Positions 60,205 through 64,000 of a DNA stretch of 64,000 nt are shown in pieces (position 1 is the first letter of the stretch; each line of letters opens with the position of its first letter). The DNA lies in assembly GCA_002372375.1 (NCBI GenBank), contig DFGJ01000021.1, positions 62,394 to 126,393 on the forward strand. Reading direction: 5' to 3'. A model generated the notes under the pieces. It had not been told where the DNA came from. It saw nothing but the letters and a program-made list of their open reading frames with translations, and searched no databases. This stretch comes from Ruminococcaceae bacterium UBA3753. GTDB lineage: Bacteria > Bacillota > Clostridia > Oscillospirales > Acutalibacteraceae. Both the position numbers and the translations under genes were made by a program.

Positions 60205-60900
60205 ACAAAGTTGTAGACACAAGACATAAGTCCGCACAAAATAAATCAAGCAAATCGAAATATAGTATAAGGGCACACAATTTTTATTTTTGGTGTCCGT
60301 ATAGTTAGCTCCCCCCAAAAAAATTTTGAAAAGTATCGCTGATTAAAACCGCTTTTGACTTTTTAATTGACCAAATTGAGGGTACTTCTTCATTTCTGAT
60401 GTTTTAATCTACAAATCGAATTTTTGAATTATCAAATTATAAATACAAGACATAAGTTCACACAAAATAAGTCAAACAAATCAAAACATAGTACAAAAGT
60501 GCTCTATTTTTATTTTCAGTATCTGTATAGTCAGCCCCCCAAAAAAAATTTTTGAAAAGTATCGCTGTTTCTGACCATTAAAATCGCTTTTGACTTTTTA
60601 ATTGACCAAATTAAGGGTACTTCTTCATTTCCGATGTTTTAATCTACAAATCGAATTTTTGAATTACCAAATTATAAACACAAGACATAAGTCCGCACAA
60701 AATAAATCAAGCAAATCAAAATATAGTATAAAGGCACACCATTTTTATTTTTAGTGCTTGTATAGTTAGCTCCTGAATTTTTGTATAAGTACCACTATTT
60801 TGGCTTATGAAGATAACTTTTAAATTGACCAAAGTTTGGGCACTTTTTTAATTTTTTATATTTTAATCTACATATCTAATTTTTGGATAATTAAACTACA
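60205..60900. repeat. tandem array, ~226-235 bp x 3, between ecfA and the DUF1653 gene
   Basis: acaagacataagt recurs at 60219, 60445 and 60680. The long colinear block ...gcttttgactttttaattgaccaaattRagggtacttcttcatttc appears in each unit. Confidence 0.9.
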
Positions 60901-61822
60901 AACATAGTATATAAATTTGCAGATAGTAAACTAAAAAGATTAGGGGCATACTAAATAAAGAGAGACTACTAATTAACTGCAAAAATGTTTAATAAGCCTG
61001 CTAAACGTTATAATCGCAAGACAGCCCATAAACCCGACTATTCACCACAAATATACAAATATAGCAGATATAATTCTAACGAATACAACATGTATCAGGC
61101 TGCATATTTATCTATTTTTGGGACGAAGCAGTCGTACTTTTGTTAAAATTTTATTAACCAAATATGTTTCTATAACGCACTTTCAAATGAACAATACTGA
61201 TAAAAATCGGTTTGCAGCTTGTCACAAACGTTTTACTAATGTAAAGTACACAAAAGGCCGGTCGATAAAAATACAATGTACTATAAGCAATTTTTAATAA
61301 TGAGCCAACATTTCTCTACACAAATTCTACATATATATTCAAAAGCCATTTGTCTTAAAGCTAAACTTTTTGAACGGCTTTCGTCATTCGACTTAGTTTT
61401 GCTAAATAGCAAAAAACCACAACTTAGCTTTCAACACGATAAAATCTGCAGAAAACGAGAATTCACACGAACCAAATGCGAAAAGTGTCCCTGTGCACAA
61501 ATTCTGAAAACCGTTAGGAGAACCAACACTTCCCGCGAGTGCTATTAGGCACAGAAAGTAACGATTCCACAGCCACTCTTAAACATCAAGATGCAAAATC
61601 AAAACAGTGCAAAACACTTTTCAGAAGGATTTTTAATTAAACATCACGAATTAAATCCGTGTTCCAACCGAAACTGAGTAAAAACATGAGGAAGACGATT
61701 ACCACTCTCTCACCGTAACCAATTGGCAAAATCAGCTTAAATCAAACTCAAGAATCAGCTTTAACTAGGCGAAGGGACTTACACAAACAATACTATACAG
61801 CCATAATTAATAAAAAAGAGTG

Positions 61823-62044
61823 TCAAACTTTGCTTTCTATGTTTTGCAGCTCAAACCTGTATTTTTGTCCATTTTTATTAACTTCATCTAAAAACATATC
61901 GTAAGGGCGACACCAAAGCCTATTATCTCCGTACAAAGCCCTATACACTATCATTTTCTCACAAGTCTCGCTGTGGTAAGCAATATCCACTGTTAGATAC
62001 AAATTGCCTTTGTAATGCTTGTAAATTCTATTAAGTTCTATCAT
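61823..62044 (-). CDS. DUF1653 domain protein
   Basis: YKHYKGNLY...HSETCEKMIVYRALYGDNRLWCRPYDMF is the DUF1653 pattern. The ATG at 62044 has a GGGAG RBS. The track ORF extends to 62146. Confidence 0.7.
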   Translation of the reverse strand: MIELNRIYKHYKGNLYLTVDIAYHSETCEKMIVYRALYGDNRLWCRPYDMFLDEVNKNGQKYRFELQNIESKV

Positions 62045-62653
62045 AAAAGCTCTCCCTGAATTAAAAACTAGTGTTACGATTCTAGTAAGGTATTTGCGGC
62101 GAATTACACCACCTAACAGAACGCCACCTTCCTTTCCACTTCCCACACATTCATTTTAACACAGTCTAACTAAAAGAGCCAACGTAATTTAGAATTTGGG
62201 TTAGCCAGAATTGAATATTTAAATATAAAAATTTTTGAAATGTGCTTTTCTATAATTTCAATGTAGTTTTATTGGATTTATTTTTCTTTGGTTTTTACAT
62301 GTATTTTTTAATTAACTAAAAGTTAAGAAAATAACGCCATATTTGTAGATAAATGTCACTTTACAGATTTGTGCCACAAAAAAACTTGCTAGAAATTAAA
62401 AATCACTAAAAGTAATAATATTCAAGCCGAGCTTGATAATGAAGATTTGTTTTTCTTTTATTTTTCACATCGACATTTTGATTGGCTATAAAATTCCTAG
62501 TTTTCTCCTTAATTTCCTGTATTTCTGAAATTTACTTGGCAAGAACTTTTTCCTATCTGAAAAATATTCCCACTAAAAAGTAAAAGCAAGTAGTTAAGCG
62601 CAAATTGTAACGCCAATCGGCGCTGATAGGGTACATAATTTCTAAGTTATAAC

Positions 62654-63868
62654 TCAAAGTTTAGATCTCATTTTTTCAATTGTTTCGTAAAGGTTGCCCT
62701 TCAGGTGCGTTTTGTCTAAGTACGGTAACAAATTTACTCCATATTTTTTTGCTACAGCCAAAAGCAATCTTTTTTTTGCTCCTTCTGATTTTACTTTGTT
62801 ATCAGCTAAAGTATCAAAAAAACTAAGTTGTTCCATGTATTTTTCAGACAAGTTATATAGCCCAACTCCCAGCAGTCTTACAGGACCTCTTTTTATTTTC
62901 AGCAACATTTTTTTTGCTTCAACATAAATTTTCAAATAATCGTTACTTGATGGAATATTTTTTGAGCGTGTTATGCTTTTCATATCTGCGTACGTTACCT
63001 TAAGAATAACTCCGTTGCCATAGAGACCTAGTCTTTTTGCTCTTTTTTCAACGCAAATTGAAAGCAAAAATAATACATCCTTAAGAAAAGTAACATTATC
63101 CACATCCTGCTGGAAAGTTATTTCTCTGCTGATCGATTTTGCATCTTTAGGTTCATGTGGAATAACTTTTCTTTCGTCTATACCTGACGATAAATTCACA
63201 ATAAATCTACCACTTTTTCCGAGTATATCGATAACTTTCTCACTGTTTTTTCTTACATCACGCACAGTTTTTATTCCATATTTTTTTAATTTTTCAGCTG
63301 TCATTTTTCCAACAGAATAAAGAGTGCGTACATCGCGGTCTATAATCAAATTAACAAAATCTTTTTCCGATGTTATCTCGAAATAACCATCAGGTTTCTT
63401 TTCTTCGCTTGCAATTTTAGCTGCTGACTTCGAATACGCCAATCCCACAGAGCAACTTAAGTTCAGCTCCTGCTTAATTCTTTTTTTTATTTCGAAAGCG
63501 ATTTTGCGTGCTTCATTAAAATCTTTGAAATTATTGGTGATATCCAAAAAAGCCTCGTCTAAGGCAATAGATTCCAAACAATCAGTATATGTACACCAAA
63601 TACTATGCAGTTTATTCGATATTTCTTTGTATTTTTCATAATTAGGGTGCATGTAAATGCCACTTGGACATAACTGGTAGGCCTTTTTTATATTCATTGC
63701 AGAGTGAACGCCGTATTTTCTGGCCTCGTAGCTACAAGTTGAAACAACTCCCCTTTCGCCAGGCAACGCGCCAATTATAAGAGGTTTGCCAGACAAACTC
63801 GGGTTATCCATAACTTCAACGGAGGCGAAAAAAGCATCCATATCTACATGTAGTATTATTCGTTGCAT
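62654..63868 (-). CDS. dinB: DNA polymerase IV (Y-family)
   Basis: ILHVDMDAFFASVE, SLDEAFLD, and the SCSVGLAYSKSAAKIAS motifs of DinB. Confidence 0.9.
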   Translation of the reverse strand: MQRIILHVDMDAFFASVEVMDNPSLSGKPLIIGALPGERGVVSTCSYEARKYGVHSAMNIKKAYQLCPSGIYMHPNYEKYKEISNKLHSIWCTYTDCLESIALDEAFLDITNNFKDFNEARKIAFEIKKRIKQELNLSCSVGLAYSKSAAKIASEEKKPDGYFEITSEKDFVNLIIDRDVRTLYSVGKMTAEKLKKYGIKTVRDVRKNSEKVIDILGKSGRFIVNLSSGIDERKVIPHEPKDAKSISREITFQQDVDNVTFLKDVLFLLSICVEKRAKRLGLYGNGVILKVTYADMKSITRSKNIPSSNDYLKIYVEAKKMLLKIKRGPVRLLGVGLYNLSEKYMEQLSFFDTLADNKVKSEGAKKRLLLAVAKKYGVNLLPYLDKTHLKGNLYETIEKMRSKL

Positions 63869-64000
63869 AAAAAAAACTATAAAAAATAAATTTACCTAGA
63901 AATAATCAATTGATTTATGTCTAATTTATAAAAATCTTCACACAAATAGTTGAAAAACTTGATATTATATATTTACTTGATTAAAAATTATTATTTTCCA

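Noticed and set aside
1-64000. tRNA, rRNA, tmRNA, transposase, integrase or phage genes.
   Set aside because: I found no T-loop GGTTCGAATCC-type motifs outside CDSs, no rRNA-like GC-rich blocks, and no DDE or Tyr/Ser recombinase-like ORFs in the track. The only exception is the very weak relic noted at 6186-6626.

Overview
This window looks like a chromosomal segment of a low-GC, endospore-forming Firmicute (Clostridia-like). All product calls come from motifs read in the ORF translations, with no database search. I can support about 45 CDSs, mostly housekeeping or sporulation genes: cwlD, rbfA, nrnA, an uninterrupted sigK, dnaX-ybaB-recR, spoIIE, tuf, a GH3 hexosaminidase, tsaE and tsaB, a NUDIX hydrolase, sigG, an amino-acid ABC transporter, mreB, fusA, udp, rlmN-stp-prkC, ytfI-ytfJ, a fabG-like SDR, asd, serS, ecfA and dinB. 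There are also several organism-specific secreted proteins, including a papain-like C1 peptidase and a Cys-repeat, Gly-rich protein. I found no rRNA, tRNA, CRISPR array, transposase or phage genes.

The most unusual signal is architectural.
- About one third of the window (roughly 21 kb, from summing the gaps between the CDSs I call) has no credible ORF.
- At least seven intergenic spacers are built from same-strand tandem arrays with 120-240 bp units.
- Four of these arrays (fusA, tsaB, serS, tuf) start inside the 3' end of a conserved gene and continue as progressively decayed ghost copies of the gene tail. The ybaB array probably does too.
- The fusA and ybaB arrays also show recently re-duplicated higher-order blocks of about 400 bp.

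Several accessory genes carry in-frame stops or homopolymer-associated frameshifts. One small gene has a double-glycine leader placed exactly one -1 slip, at a G_GGA_AAA heptamer, from a 67-codon ORF that ends at a clean terminator. I saw no recognisable defence, toxin or biosynthetic cluster. The gene-tail arrays are my best candidate for something undescribed.
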